From Granulicella sp. (GTDB lineage: Bacteria > Acidobacteriota > Terriglobia > Terriglobales > Acidobacteriaceae): 64,000 nt of DNA. Positions within the stretch are counted from its first letter, which is position 1, and the number at the start of each line of letters is the position of its first letter. The translations under genes and the position numbers were made by a program. The stretch is taken from assembly GCA_027339965.1 (NCBI GenBank), contig DAHWNL010000006.1:55381-119380 (forward strand). Direction: 5' to 3'. Positions 9,911 through 20,514 of this stretch are shown in pieces. Below the pieces are notes generated by a model. It was not told the DNA's origin, did no database searches, and was given only the letters and a program-made list of their open reading frames with translations.

Positions 9911-12108
9911 CGTAGAAATGCCTCCGGCAAGCCGCCGTCGACGGGAATCAGATGGCCGCTGGTGCAGCGCGCCTTCGGACCCGCCAGGAATAGAATCGCC
10001 TGCGCGCAATCCTCCGGCTCAATTGGCTGGTGCGTCAGCGTCCGGCGCGCATAGAACTCCGCCAACTGGGTACGCAGCTCTTCGTCCGTGCTCTCTCGTT
10101 TGAACTCCAGCTTGTACTTGGTCAGGGAAGCCATCACCCGGTCGCGGGGGAACATCGTCGAACCCTTGACCACCGTCGCCGGATGGATGCCATTCACCCG
10201 CACCTTCGGGCTCAGCGAGACCGCCAGCTCCCGCACCAGATGGCTGAGCGCGGCCTTACTGACGTCATAAGCCTCACTGCCCCGCTTCGGCACCACGGCA
10301 TTCGCCGAGCTGGTCAGCACCATGCTCGCCTCCAGATTTTGCTCAGCGAAGATCTTCGCCGCCTCCTCCGCCAGCAGGAAGTTCGCCGTGACGTTCAGCT
10401 CCAGCGTCGTGCCCCACATCGCATCACTCACCACCCCATCCGGTGGCGCCGGGAAGATGGCTGCGGTATTCACCAGAATATCGAGTCCGCCAAAAGCAGC
10501 GATGGTCTCCCGGATCGCAGAGCGGATCGACTCCCGGCTGCGTATATCGACGGCAACCGCGATCGCCGCCTCCCGTCCCGTAATCGCCTGCGCCTCCCGG
10601 GCCGCGGCCTCCGCTCCAGCCAGGTCGCGGTCTGCCACCGCCACGTGCGCTCCGCGCTCAGCAGCCAGCAGAGCCGCCGCCCGCCCGATACCGCTGGCCC
10701 CGCCAACGATCAGTGCGATCTGGCGGCTCAACTCCTTCTCCGGCGGCTGACGCCGAATCTTGGCCTCCTCCAGTGCCCAATACTCGATTCGAAATGCCTC
10801 TGCGGCGGGTAACGCCACATAGTTCGCAAAGAACGGGAAATCCTCAGACGACGCCGCGGGTCCGGCCTGGGGAAGATTCGAGTTCGCCTGACTTCCCTCC
10901 GCGGCCAGCGCCGTCGCTCCCTTCATCACCTGGATCGCATTGCGGTAAAACTCTCCGGTAATGCGCGCCTCGGTCTTGTTCTTGCCAAAGGAGAACATGC
11001 CGACTCCGGGCAGCAAAACCACGGTGGGATTGGGATCCCGCATCGCCGGGGAGTCCGGCAAGGCATGCCGCCGGTAGTACTCCGCATACTCCCGACGATA
11101 GTTGTGCATTGCCTCGCTCAGCGCCGACTTCACGGCAGCCAGATCGGTATCGGCCTTCAGCTCCACAAACAGCGGGCGAATCTTGGTACGAATGAAGTGA
11201 TCCGGGCAGCTCGTGCCCAGGTGGGACAGCGCTTTGGCATCTTTGCTGTTGATGAACTCCTGCACCTCCGGAAGATCCGTAAAGCTCCCTATCAGCCTCT
11301 TCTTCTCGCTCACCAGACCGCGTAGATGCGGCATCACCTGCAGCGCCAGCTCACCGCGGTCAGACCTTGGCTGCAGCAAAGCTCCGCCAAAGGCAGGTCC
11401 TCTTCTGCTCTCCTCGTGGGCCTGCACAAACTGGCCCAGATGATCGATGATGGTGATGGTGTTCAGGTAAGAGGCGCGCTGCGTCTCTCCCCAAGTGAAA
11501 AGACCATGACCGCCCAGCACGATGCCGGTACAGTCCGGATTCTCTTCGACAGCTCGCAGCATCATCATCGCCAGTTCAAAGCCCGGCCGCTGCCATGGTA
11601 GCCATACCAGCTTGTGGCCAAACTGCTTGTTGAACTCCTCCATCTTCTCCCGGCCATTAGCAGCCGCGGCCATGGCGATCCCCCAGTCCGGATGGAGATG
11701 ATCCACATGCGCAACGGGAAGAAAGGCATGCAGGGGAGTGTCAATCGACGCCGCTACCGGGTTGCCCGCAAAGGAGCATAGCGGATACTTCGCCACCATC
11801 GCGTCTTCTTCAGCCACACCCGAGTACTGCTGCTTCAGAGCGCGCACGCGGTCCAGGTACAGTGTGGCGAATCCCTTGCGCTCAATGCTCCCAAGGTCGC
11901 CTCCACTGCCCTTCACCCATAGCACCTCGCAGGGCTCACCGGTGAGTGGATCCTTCTGGCGGATCTTGGAGCTGGTATTGCCGCCGCCAAAGTTGGTGAT
12001 CCGCAGATCAGCACCCAGCAGATTCGAGCGATATCGCAAAAGATCCGGCTCATCCAACTGGGAAGCAGTGTTCTCATCCCAGAGATCTTTCAAAAAGCGC
12101 AGCGCCAT
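9907..12108 (-). CDS. Bifunctional rhamnulose-1-phosphate aldolase / short-chain dehydrogenase (RhaEW/YuxG type)
   Basis: GGGNTSSK, VKGSGGDL, SIDTPLH, HLHPD, GTSCPDHF, IEYWALEEAK; C-terminal SDR with GGASGIG and YDVSK. Confidence 0.93.
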   Translation of the reverse strand: MALRFLKDLWDENTASQLDEPDLLRYRSNLLGADLRITNFGGGNTSSKIRQKDPLTGEPCEVLWVKGSGGDLGSIERKGFATLYLDRVRALKQQYSGVAEEDAMVAKYPLCSFAGNPVAASIDTPLHAFLPVAHVDHLHPDWGIAMAAAANGREKMEEFNKQFGHKLVWLPWQRPGFELAMMMLRAVEENPDCTGIVLGGHGLFTWGETQRASYLNTITIIDHLGQFVQAHEESRRGPAFGGALLQPRSDRGELALQVMPHLRGLVSEKKRLIGSFTDLPEVQEFINSKDAKALSHLGTSCPDHFIRTKIRPLFVELKADTDLAAVKSALSEAMHNYRREYAEYYRRHALPDSPAMRDPNPTVVLLPGVGMFSFGKNKTEARITGEFYRNAIQVMKGATALAAEGSQANSNLPQAGPAASSEDFPFFANYVALPAAEAFRIEYWALEEAKIRRQPPEKELSRQIALIVGGASGIGRAAALLAAERGAHVAVADRDLAGAEAAAREAQAITGREAAIAVAVDIRSRESIRSAIRETIAAFGGLDILVNTAAIFPAPPDGVVSDAMWGTTLELNVTANFLLAEEAAKIFAEQNLEASMVLTSSANAVVPKRGSEAYDVSKAALSHLVRELAVSLSPKVRVNGIHPATVVKGSTMFPRDRVMASLTKYKLEFKRESTDEELRTQLAEFYARRTLTHQPIEPEDCAQAILFLAGPKARCTSGHLIPVDGGLPEAFLR

Positions 12109-12199
12109 GTCCGTCACCACCTGTCATCGTGAAATTCAGCTTCAACCGCAATTAAAGCATACCTCAACCAATAGGGCAATTATTTCTATATGGAAGAAA

Positions 12200-12678
12200 C
12201 CGCATCCAGCCTCCGTTCGCAGGCACCTCCCCAATTCCTCGTCCTTGAATCCCGAGCCGCGCCCGAGACTCGTTGGAAATGTCGCCAGATTGTGTTCCAG
12301 TTGCCTGCAGAGGCGAGCACCTGGCTAGGGCAGATTCGCGGGCCTGGATTCGGTCAGGAGGAGCAAGACCAGGACAGCCGCTTGTGGGAGACAGACGCCG
12401 ACCACAAAGTTTGCTGTTTGGCGATCTCTGCGAGCGCCCCGAGTATACAGCCATAGAGCCCGCCCTCGCCAGAGCCAATGCTGCTTTCAGATCCGAGACT
12501 CTCTTCGGCCTTCTGCGCGCGCGCCCGATCGCGCCGTGCACAAGGCATTCCAGCTGCGAGACCGGACGGCGTCAGCCTGCCGGGATCCTGGAAGACAAAG
12601 TGGAACCGGAATGAGGATCCTCTGGAGATGCTTCGTGGAAAATTGGAGAAACGCTTCCTTGGAAGGCTCGGATGGCGG
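12200..12678. repeat. ~480-nt imperfect fold-back filling the spacer inside the rha cluster
   Basis: Nested arms: CCGCATCCAGCCTCC 12200-12214/GGAAGGCTCGGATGGCGG 12661-12678; GTTGGAAATGTC 12272-12283/GGCATTCCAGC 12544-12554; GCGGGC 12338-12343/GCCCGC 12458-12463; TTGTGG 12382-12387/CCACAA 12402-12407. Confidence 0.65.
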
Positions 12679-12706
12679 ATGAGAACAACCGGAGCGTCCT
12701 TGTCTG

Positions 12707-12751
12707 GTCGCTCGAAATTTGACCGTTCGAAATTCGGCCGCTCGAATCTTC
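12707..12751. repeat. Imperfect 15-bp tandem repeat x3
   Basis: GTCGCTCGAAATTTG / ACCGTTCGAAATTCG / GCCGCTCGAATCTTC. Confidence 0.7.
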
Positions 12752-12805
12752 TGGACCCACAGTCGAAACTTCTTCATCCGGCCTCTGCGCTGCGGCTCGA
12801 CTTCT

Positions 12806-14008
12806 TCAAGCGTAACTGCTCACCGACACCGCATTCCGCTTCCCCCGTTCTTCCCGGACCGTCTCCAAATAGCCGCTGGAACGTAGCGCCGTCAACGGGT
12901 CCTCAGGCAATCCGTGGCGACTCCTCCAGGCGCGAACCGCGGGGCGAACATCACACCAGAAAGCGGATCGCAAACACTCTTCCGCCTCCACGAGGCGAGC
13001 CTCCTCCTGCAGCTTTGCCAACCGCTCCTGATCAACCAGCACAGCCTTGGCGAACAGCTCTTGCGCGATGCATATGGTCTGCACCATGGCCTCCAGCTTG
13101 CCCTTCAAGTTGTGGCTTTGGTCAATCATGAACGCAGTCTGCTGCAGACCGGAAGCGCTTCCAACCAACTCATGGAAGATGCGAAATACCTGATAGGGGT
13201 CAATCGAACCAATGGTCAGGTCATCATCCGCGTAACGCCGATCGTTGAAGTGGAAGCCCCCCAGTGCTCTCTCCCGTAGCAGCCAGGCGACAATCTGCTC
13301 GATGTTCTGCGTTTGATAATGGTGCCCGGTGTCCACCAGCACAAACGCCTTGGGGCCGGCATGTCTGGCCAGCAGGAGCGCCATACCCCAATCGGCGATA
13401 TCGGTATGGTAAAAGGCCGGCTCGAAAGGCTTGTACTCGATCAGCATGCGCTGCTTCGGTCCCAGCTTGGCGTGGGTGGCCGCCATCGCCTCCATTAGAT
13501 AGTCGATGCGCCGGGAGATGCTCTGCGTTCCAGGATAGTTCGATCCATCCGCGATCCAAAGAGAGACATCCTGCGAATCCAGTTTGCGAGCAATCTCGAC
13601 GGAGTCCAGCAAGTGATCGATCGCCATCTTTCGCACCTCAGCGCTGGGATTGCAGATCGATCCGTGCTTGTACTCCTGGCTCTGAAACAGGTTGGGATTG
13701 ATCGAACCTGCGCGAATTCCATACTTTTTCTGCAGATCCTGAATCAAGGGTACATCGCTCACCCCCCGGGGCAGATCCCACAGTACATGAAGCGCCAGCG
13801 TCGGGCTGGCGCCGGTCAGCGCATGGACCTGAGCGGCGTCAGCGAACTTCTCCTCAATTGAGGTCGCAGCCTCGGCCTGCACATACTTCCCGAAACGCGT
13901 ACCGGTATTGGCAAATCCCCAGGATGGAATCTCGATCGCCAGTCTATCCAGAGCTTCAACAATCTTCTCTTCAATTGATTTCACGAAATTACTCTCCAGA
14001 AAAACCAT
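12806..14008 (-). CDS. rhaI: L-rhamnose isomerase (RhaI type)
   Basis: IEIPSWGFANTGTRF, LHVLWD, WIADGSNYPG, IEYKPFEPAFY, VDTGHH, GGFHFND..YADDDL and MIDQSHN. Confidence 0.92.
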   Translation of the reverse strand: MVFLESNFVKSIEEKIVEALDRLAIEIPSWGFANTGTRFGKYVQAEAATSIEEKFADAAQVHALTGASPTLALHVLWDLPRGVSDVPLIQDLQKKYGIRAGSINPNLFQSQEYKHGSICNPSAEVRKMAIDHLLDSVEIARKLDSQDVSLWIADGSNYPGTQSISRRIDYLMEAMAATHAKLGPKQRMLIEYKPFEPAFYHTDIADWGMALLLARHAGPKAFVLVDTGHHYQTQNIEQIVAWLLRERALGGFHFNDRRYADDDLTIGSIDPYQVFRIFHELVGSASGLQQTAFMIDQSHNLKGKLEAMVQTICIAQELFAKAVLVDQERLAKLQEEARLVEAEECLRSAFWCDVRPAVRAWRSRHGLPEDPLTALRSSGYLETVREERGKRNAVSVSSYA

Positions 14009-14114
14009 CTCTATTGAAACATGTTGGAGCTAAGTATTACTCTGTTCGACTCTAACAGTCAAAGCCTCCCCAAAATCAGCCAACTTTCCGGCTTGGTTGG
14101 GCTGTGCCGCGGGG

Positions 14115-14346
14115 GATTGCGTTGGGGTGCGGCCTCGGCTCATCGGGCTGCGGCTCCTTCGTCACACCTTGCCGTTCTTCCCAGACGGCTTTTGCCAGGC
14201 TTCGGCAGTTTCCTCCTCCACCCGGCCTCCGACGGACAGAGATAGAGATAGAGCTGAAGCATCCTTTCCCCGACCGCAAGGAGGCCGCGGGCGGCCCCGA
14301 TGAATTTCAGACCCGGAGATCGTGGCGCAGCCCCCCTGATGCGATC
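14115..14346. repeat. Imperfect fold-back in the divergent rhaI / aminoacylase spacer
   Basis: GATTGCGTT 14115-14123/GATGCGATC 14338-14346; TCATCGGG 14140-14147/CCCGATGA 14296-14303; CTGCGGCTCCTT 14148-14159/AAGGAGGCCGCGG 14278-14290. Confidence 0.65.
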
Positions 14347-14635
14347 TGTTGAACCGAAGGTCCACGGGGCTGTTGGAAGATCCCAAGGCCAAGCGCGTCC
14401 CCCCTTCATCAAGGCGCTGCAAACCTCCGCTGCCGGCGGCAAGCTCGCCTCGCGGCCGGGCAAGGCACGGAGATTCTCCCCGAACGCGCTCACTTCTATC
14501 CGTGACAGGCTGGCTCTGCTCTCCATCTGGTCGCGCACCGGAGAGAGCCGTCCGGTTTGAACCCGGCGCCATGGCCTGGTCTGCATGCCAGACTCTGCGC
14601 CCCGAATACGATCCAGATACTATTCTGTAAACGGG

Positions 14636-16246
14636 ATGAAAGAGCCCAACGCTAGCGCACAGAGCGAGCAATCCACCGTCCGAGTTCTTCAGGAAGAGCT
14701 GACCTTGCTGAAGAACGCCACGCTGATCGATGGTTCCGGCGCTGCGGCGCGCGGAGCCGATCTTATGCTCTGCGGTGACCGCATTGCGGCGATTGGACAC
14801 TTTACCCCTCCGCCCCAAACTCTCACTCTGGATTGCAGCGGTCTGATCGCAGCGCCGGGGTTTGTGGACGCCCATAGCCACTCGGACCTTCAAGTGTTGC
14901 AGGGCCGGACGGAAAAAACGATCCAGGGCGTGACGACAGAGATTGTCGGCAACTGCGGGTTCTCTCCCTATCCCATGGCGCAACACGCGCAGCAGGTACG
15001 GCAGTTCGCGAACGGCATCCTGTGCGGCCGGCAGAGCTGGGGATGGCCGAGCGCCGCGGCTTATATTGAATCGCTCTCCAGAGCTCCCTACGCCAACGCT
15101 TACTCGCTGATCGGCCATGGCAGCCTGCGGATTGAGATCGCCGGGAACCAGCAACGGCCCCTCACCGAATCGGAAATGGAGCGGATGGAAAAGCTACTCG
15201 ATGAGGCTCTGTGTGACGGCGCCATTGGTTTCTCCACCGGGCTGATGTATGCCCCCGGCTGTTACGCTCCGGTGGAGGAACTGGAGCGCCTGTGCCGCGT
15301 GGTCGCTCGCCGCGGCAAAGTCTACGCCACTCACATACGCAGTTACGCGTCCGGCCTGGAAGAAGCTGTGGAGGAACAGTTGGAGCTTGCTCGCCGCACT
15401 GGCTGCCGGCTGCAGATCTCTCATCTGCAGGCCGTGGGACGCGACAATTGGGCCAAACAAGCTGCCGTCCTGGAACGTATCGAGGCGGCCGCGCAGTCAG
15501 GTGTTGACGTTGCCTTTGACTGCTATCCCTATACGGCGGGCAACTCCACCCTGACCCAGATGGCGCCGCAATGGGCCCTGGACGGTGGTCTTGACGCTCT
15601 GATGGGCCGGCTTCGCAGTACGCGCTTCCGCAGGCGAATCCTGGAGGAGACGCGCGCCTCCATGGCGCTACCCTGGTCCGATGTTATTCTCACCTCCGTC
15701 GGCTCCAGAGAGAATCAGCCTCTAGTCGGCAAAAGCCTGGACCAGATCGCTCACATGCGCGGGCAGGAGCCTGCCGAGACCCTGCTTGCGTTGCTGCTGG
15801 AAGAACATGGCGAGGCTACGATGTTGACGTTCAATCAGAGCCAGGAGAACCTTCGCCAAACGGTCACCCATCCCCTCTCCATCATCATCAGCGATGGACT
15901 CTATGTGCGCGGCAAGGCCCACCCCCGCCTACATGGAACCTTTCCTTTCCTGCTTGGCGAACTCTGCCGAGGACAGCGATGGCTCTCACTGGAAGAAGCC
16001 GTGCACAAAATCACCGGCCGGCCAGCCGAGCGCTTCGGCATCCGGGACCGCGGGCTGCTCAAGCCCGGCTACTACGCCGATCTGACATTGTTTGATCCCG
16101 CGGCGATCGATAGCAAGGCCGACTACGATGCGCCCGAGAGACCTCCGACCGGAGTCCAACACGTCTTCAGGAATGGAAGGCGGCTTGATCTTGCTTCCGT
16201 TCTTCCTCCGGGCTCAGGGCAACTGGAAGGCAAAGCCAATGCGTGA
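14636..16246 (+). CDS. N-acyl-D-amino-acid deacylase family amidohydrolase
   Basis: PGFVDAHSHSD, GNCG, FSTGLMYAPG, YATHIRS, ISHL, FDCYPY, SDG and HPRLHGTFP. ATG 14636 is preceded by TATTCT. Confidence 0.9.
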   Translation: MKEPNASAQSEQSTVRVLQEELTLLKNATLIDGSGAAARGADLMLCGDRIAAIGHFTPPPQTLTLDCSGLIAAPGFVDAHSHSDLQVLQGRTEKTIQGVTTEIVGNCGFSPYPMAQHAQQVRQFANGILCGRQSWGWPSAAAYIESLSRAPYANAYSLIGHGSLRIEIAGNQQRPLTESEMERMEKLLDEALCDGAIGFSTGLMYAPGCYAPVEELERLCRVVARRGKVYATHIRSYASGLEEAVEEQLELARRTGCRLQISHLQAVGRDNWAKQAAVLERIEAAAQSGVDVAFDCYPYTAGNSTLTQMAPQWALDGGLDALMGRLRSTRFRRRILEETRASMALPWSDVILTSVGSRENQPLVGKSLDQIAHMRGQEPAETLLALLLEEHGEATMLTFNQSQENLRQTVTHPLSIIISDGLYVRGKAHPRLHGTFPFLLGELCRGQRWLSLEEAVHKITGRPAERFGIRDRGLLKPGYYADLTLFDPAAIDSKADYDAPERPPTGVQHVFRNGRRLDLASVLPPGSGQLEGKANA

Positions 16247-17537
16247 TGGATCAAAGCAGCCAAAGACGGCTCTCTCACAGGCGAAAGCTCCCGCTCCCAT
16301 CCCGCCCTTTCAAAAGGGCCTGGGTTTCATGACGACGGAGTTATCCTCGGCCCAGATTGCATCCCTGGGCTGGAATCTTCTTCGCGAAGATCTTAGCCTG
16401 CCCACGGCCGTGCTGTACGCTGAAAAGCTGAGCCACAACCTCGCCTGGATGCAGAAGTTTGCCGATCGCCACGGCGCTGTGCTCGCTCCTCACGGCAAGA
16501 CAACCATGGCCCCCAAGCTGTTCTCCATGCAGCTTGCGGCGGGCGCCTGGGGAATCACTTTGGCCACTGCGCCACAGGTGGCGGCCGCGTACCAGTACGG
16601 AGTGCGCCGCATCCTGATGGCCAATCAGTTGGTCGGCAAACAGAACATGGCCATCGTGGATGCTCTGCTCGACGATCCCGGCTTCGAGTTTTTCTGCCTG
16701 GTGGACTCTGCCGTTAATGTAGAGCAGCTTGGCCGATTCTTCCGCTCCTGCGGAAAGAAGGTGCAAGTGCTGCTCGAAATAGGCCTGCAAGGTGGCCGCG
16801 CCGGCGTGCGCAACGCGGAGCAGTTGGAAGAGCTGCTTCACGCGCTCTCCGGCTGGCGGGGTCAGGTTCTCTTATGCGGTGTTGAGATCTATGAAGGTGT
16901 AAGCGAAGACGAGCGGGCCATCCTAGGTCTTCTGCAGCGCGCCCGCGAGATTGCCGGGGAGTTGGCTCGCAGAGATCTCTTCCAACGAACCCCGTTCCTT
17001 CTCTCCGGGGCAGGTTCCGCCTGGTACGATCTGGTCGCGGAGGCCTTCTCTGCGGCGGATCTGAAGGATTCTGCGCTGGTGGTCTTGCGTCCGGGATGCT
17101 ATCTCACCCACGATGCAGGATCCTACGCTGCAACCCATGCCCGCATTCTGGCAAGCAACTCCGTGGCTCGCCAGATGGGAGGTTGCCTGCAACAGGCTCT
17201 GCAGCTATGGGCTTATGTGCAGTCGGTCCCCGAGCCGGAACGGGCGATCGTCGGTCTGGGCAGGCGCGATGCCTCCTTCGACTCCGGTCTTCCCAAGCCG
17301 GCGCTGCACCTCTCCACGGCCGTCGGCAAGCTCCAGGATGCGCCCAACTGTTGGAGATTGACGCGCATGATGGATCAGCACGCCTATCTGGAGATCAAGG
17401 CCGGAGATCCTATCACGGTGGGGGATATGATCGGCTTCGATATCTGCCATCCCTGCCTGACCTTTGACAAATGGCGCTACCTTTCACTGCTCGACCGCCA
17501 TTATCAGGTGATCGATGTAATCCAGACCTGCTTCTGA
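16239..17537 (+). CDS. PLP-dependent (type III fold) D-amino-acid deaminase/dehydratase, DSD1-like
   Basis: APHGKTTMAP (PLP lysine), WGITLA, ILMANQLVG, LRPGCY, GRRD, MDQH and CHPCLTFDKW. Start overlaps the end of the aminoacylase. Confidence 0.88.
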   Translation: MRDGSKQPKTALSQAKAPAPIPPFQKGLGFMTTELSSAQIASLGWNLLREDLSLPTAVLYAEKLSHNLAWMQKFADRHGAVLAPHGKTTMAPKLFSMQLAAGAWGITLATAPQVAAAYQYGVRRILMANQLVGKQNMAIVDALLDDPGFEFFCLVDSAVNVEQLGRFFRSCGKKVQVLLEIGLQGGRAGVRNAEQLEELLHALSGWRGQVLLCGVEIYEGVSEDERAILGLLQRAREIAGELARRDLFQRTPFLLSGAGSAWYDLVAEAFSAADLKDSALVVLRPGCYLTHDAGSYAATHARILASNSVARQMGGCLQQALQLWAYVQSVPEPERAIVGLGRRDASFDSGLPKPALHLSTAVGKLQDAPNCWRLTRMMDQHAYLEIKAGDPITVGDMIGFDICHPCLTFDKWRYLSLLDRHYQVIDVIQTCF

Positions 17538-17731
17538 CGGACTCAACCGGCGTCTGCTCGCATCAGGCGCTCTGAGAGCGGTAATCCTGGGAAACGCCAG
17601 GCTCGACCCTTCTGGACACTCCCGACCAACCGCAAAGAAAGGCTCTTCTCCATGCCGCCTACCACCGCATTCCATCCAAACCAGCGCTCGACCAGCGCTC
17701 CGTGCGGGCAAGCTGAAAGGGTGATCGTGCT

Positions 17732-20494
17732 ATGAACTCTGCAATCGGGAAAGCTGCAACCCACCGTGCGATGTATCGTGGCAACCTTCCGGCCTTGGGC
17801 CGCTGGGTAAGCGCTCTCCTCCTCTCAGCCTCGCTGGTTCCAGCGACGTCGGCGGCTGATTTCACTTCTCCGAGCACTACGCCTTTGCATACCGGCTGGC
17901 GCTTGCAGTCCGCCTGCAAGCTCAAGGTTTCGGGGGAGACCATCTCCCTTTCAGCCTTCTCCACTCACGGCTGGATCAGCACCACCGTGCCTTCAACCGT
18001 GCTCGCTGCTCAGGTCGCAGCCGGCCTTTTTCCCAACCCCTACTACGGGGATAACCTACGCAAGCTCCCCGGGGTCTCCTATCCCGTTGGGCAGAACTTT
18101 GAGAATCTGCCCATGCCGACCGACAGCCCCTATCGTTGCGGCTGGTGGTATCGCGAAGAGTTCATCGCGCCGGCCGCAGACCAGAGGGGTTCCCACTTCT
18201 GGCTGCGCTTTGCCGGCATCAACTATCGCGCCGAGATCTGGCTGAATGGACACAGGGTCGCCGACTCATCGCAGATCGCCGGCGCCTACCGGAGATACCA
18301 CCTCGACGTCACCGGCCTGCTCAAACCTGGAGAGAAGAACGTGCTGGCCGTCGAGACCTTCGCCCCCACCCCCATGGATCTTGGCGTCAACTGGGTGGAT
18401 TGGAACCCCGCCCCGCCGGACAAGGACATGGGCATCTGGGGTGCGGTCGACCTGGACCGCAGCGGGCCGGTGACTTTGCGTCACCCCATGGTGGTCACGC
18501 ACTTCTCTGATGACAATCTGAGCACGGCGAATCTGACCGTCTATGCGGAGGTTCGGAACGCAACCGATCAAGCCCTGCAGAGCATCGTCTCCGGCGTTGC
18601 AGCCGGGGTTCGCTTTCAGCAGACCGTCAACCTCGCCCCGCATGAGCAGCGCACGGTGGTCTTTGCTCCAGAGCAGTTTCCCCAGCTCCGGGTTCAGAGT
18701 CCCAGCATATGGTGGCCATGGCAGATGGGCCAGCCGCATCTTGAGCATCTTTCCATGAACGCCAGCGTTGCCGACCGGGTCAGCGATCAGAAGACCGTAG
18801 AGTTCGGCATCCGCGAAGTCACCTCCGAGCTCACCGGCACCGGCAGTCGTCTCTTCCGCATCAACGGCAAGCCCCTGCTGATCCGTGGAGGTGGCTGGTC
18901 CCAGGACATGCTGCTGCGCTCCAACCCGAAGCGTCTGCGGCAGCAGTTCCGCCTGGTGCGCGACCTGGGCCTGAACACCCTTCGCCTGGAGGGAAAGCTG
19001 GAGACCGGCGACTTCTTCCGCCTGGCCGATAAGAACGGCCTTCTGGTGATGGCCGGCTGGTGTTGCTGTGATCACTGGGAGCGCTGGAAGACCTGGACGG
19101 AGCAGGATCACGCGATCGCCAAAGCCTCCCTCCGCTCCCAGATGCTGCGCCTGCGCCACTACCCGAGCCTTCTGGTCTGGCTGAATGGCAGCGACTTTCA
19201 CCCCCCAGCCGATGTGGAGCAGGAGTATCTGAACGTAGAGGCCGAGACGCACTGGCCTAATCCGACGCTCTCCTCGGCTACCGAGAACCCCACCATCGTC
19301 TCCGGGCCAAGCGGCGTCAAGATGACTGGCCCCTATGATTACGTGGAACCCAGTTACTGGTACTTCTCCGAGCGCTTTGGCGGCGCGCGGGGATATAACA
19401 CCGAGACCGGTCCGGGACCCGATATCCCATCCCGCGCCAGCCGTGCTACGTTTCTCCCCGATCCCGATGCATGGCCGGCTTCGGCAGACTGGAGCCTGCA
19501 CATGGGCGGCGGAGGATTCACGACGCTGAAGGATCTGGACTCGGCAATGACCGCCATCTATGCCAAGCCCGACTCGGCGGCGGAGTATACCCGCATGGCG
19601 AACACGATGGCCTACGCCTCGGAACGCGCTATGTTCGAGGCGTACTCTCGCAATAAGTACTACTCCACTGGGGTGATTCAATGGATGCTCAACAACGCCT
19701 GGCCCTCAATGATCTGGCATCTCTACGACTACAACCTGGAGGCGGATGGGGGATACTTCGGCGTGAAGCAGGCCTGCGAGCCATTGCACATCCAATACTC
19801 CTATGACGACCACTCCATCGTTGTGGTCAACAGCACTTACAAACGGGCGGATGGGCTGCAAGCTACGGTAGACGTTAATGATGTCCACTGGAACGAACTT
19901 TTTCGAACCAGCGCCACCGTTCACTCCCCCTCGGACAGCGCACAGCAGGTGATCCAACTTCCTGCCGCACTCTTCAATGGCGTGCACAGGCTCTTCTTCA
20001 TCGACTTGAAGCTGGCCGACGCCAACGGCCAAATCCTCAGCCGCAACTTTTACTGGGTACCCTACACACCTGCCATCTTCGCCTGGGATGCAACGGAGTA
20101 CACCTTCACTCCGGCGCAGTTCTTCCCTGACCTCCACGCTCTGACCCACCTTCCGCCGGCCACGCTCAAAGCCGAGGCAGAGATTACGAAGACCTCCAGC
20201 GGCAGGCAGATCCGGCTGCATCTGCACAACAATTCCTCGGCGCTGGCCTTCCAGATTCGGGCCGCGGTTCGCACCTCGTCCGGCGCTCTGGTTGCTCCCG
20301 TCCTCTGGTCGGACAACTGGATCGAACTGACTCCCGGCGAGTCCAGGACGCTGACGGCTCTGCTACCCTCCGATGCTCCTTCTTCTTCCGTCATCCGCAT
20401 CGATGGCTGGAACATCACCCCGCAAAGCTTGACGCCGGATGTCGCAGCCGCAGGCTCAATCGCGCAAAAGCAAGCTCGCAGAAGCCACTCCTGA
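17732..20494 (+). CDS. Secreted GH2, exo-beta-D-glucosaminidase (CsxA-like)
   Basis: Signal-like N-terminus; WVDWNPAPPD, IRGGGW, LNTLRLEG, MAGWCCCDHWE and GVKMTGPYDY. WLNGSDF places Asp at the acid/base position, as in CsxA; YNTET is the nucleophile region. Confidence 0.85.
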   Translation: MNSAIGKAATHRAMYRGNLPALGRWVSALLLSASLVPATSAADFTSPSTTPLHTGWRLQSACKLKVSGETISLSAFSTHGWISTTVPSTVLAAQVAAGLFPNPYYGDNLRKLPGVSYPVGQNFENLPMPTDSPYRCGWWYREEFIAPAADQRGSHFWLRFAGINYRAEIWLNGHRVADSSQIAGAYRRYHLDVTGLLKPGEKNVLAVETFAPTPMDLGVNWVDWNPAPPDKDMGIWGAVDLDRSGPVTLRHPMVVTHFSDDNLSTANLTVYAEVRNATDQALQSIVSGVAAGVRFQQTVNLAPHEQRTVVFAPEQFPQLRVQSPSIWWPWQMGQPHLEHLSMNASVADRVSDQKTVEFGIREVTSELTGTGSRLFRINGKPLLIRGGGWSQDMLLRSNPKRLRQQFRLVRDLGLNTLRLEGKLETGDFFRLADKNGLLVMAGWCCCDHWERWKTWTEQDHAIAKASLRSQMLRLRHYPSLLVWLNGSDFHPPADVEQEYLNVEAETHWPNPTLSSATENPTIVSGPSGVKMTGPYDYVEPSYWYFSERFGGARGYNTETGPGPDIPSRASRATFLPDPDAWPASADWSLHMGGGGFTTLKDLDSAMTAIYAKPDSAAEYTRMANTMAYASERAMFEAYSRNKYYSTGVIQWMLNNAWPSMIWHLYDYNLEADGGYFGVKQACEPLHIQYSYDDHSIVVVNSTYKRADGLQATVDVNDVHWNELFRTSATVHSPSDSAQQVIQLPAALFNGVHRLFFIDLKLADANGQILSRNFYWVPYTPAIFAWDATEYTFTPAQFFPDLHALTHLPPATLKAEAEITKTSSGRQIRLHLHNNSSALAFQIRAAVRTSSGALVAPVLWSDNWIELTPGESRTLTALLPSDAPSSSVIRIDGWNITPQSLTPDVAAAGSIAQKQARRSHS

Positions 20495-20514
20495 GAGGAG
20501 ACCAGACGACAACC

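Noticed and set aside
10847..10916. Hairpin inside the rhamnose aldolase linker (GCCGCGG/CCGCGGC, GGGAAG/CTTCCC)
   Set aside because: I cannot show that this linker is a lineage-specific insertion. It illustrates the chance level of short stems in GC-rich coding DNA.
12164..13131. Small ORFs in the rha spacer (12164-12541 -, 12190-12456 +, 12273-12614 +, 12478-13131 +)
   Set aside because: No family motifs and no resemblance to rhamnose mutarotase. The composition looks non-coding, and the region is better explained as a fold-back.
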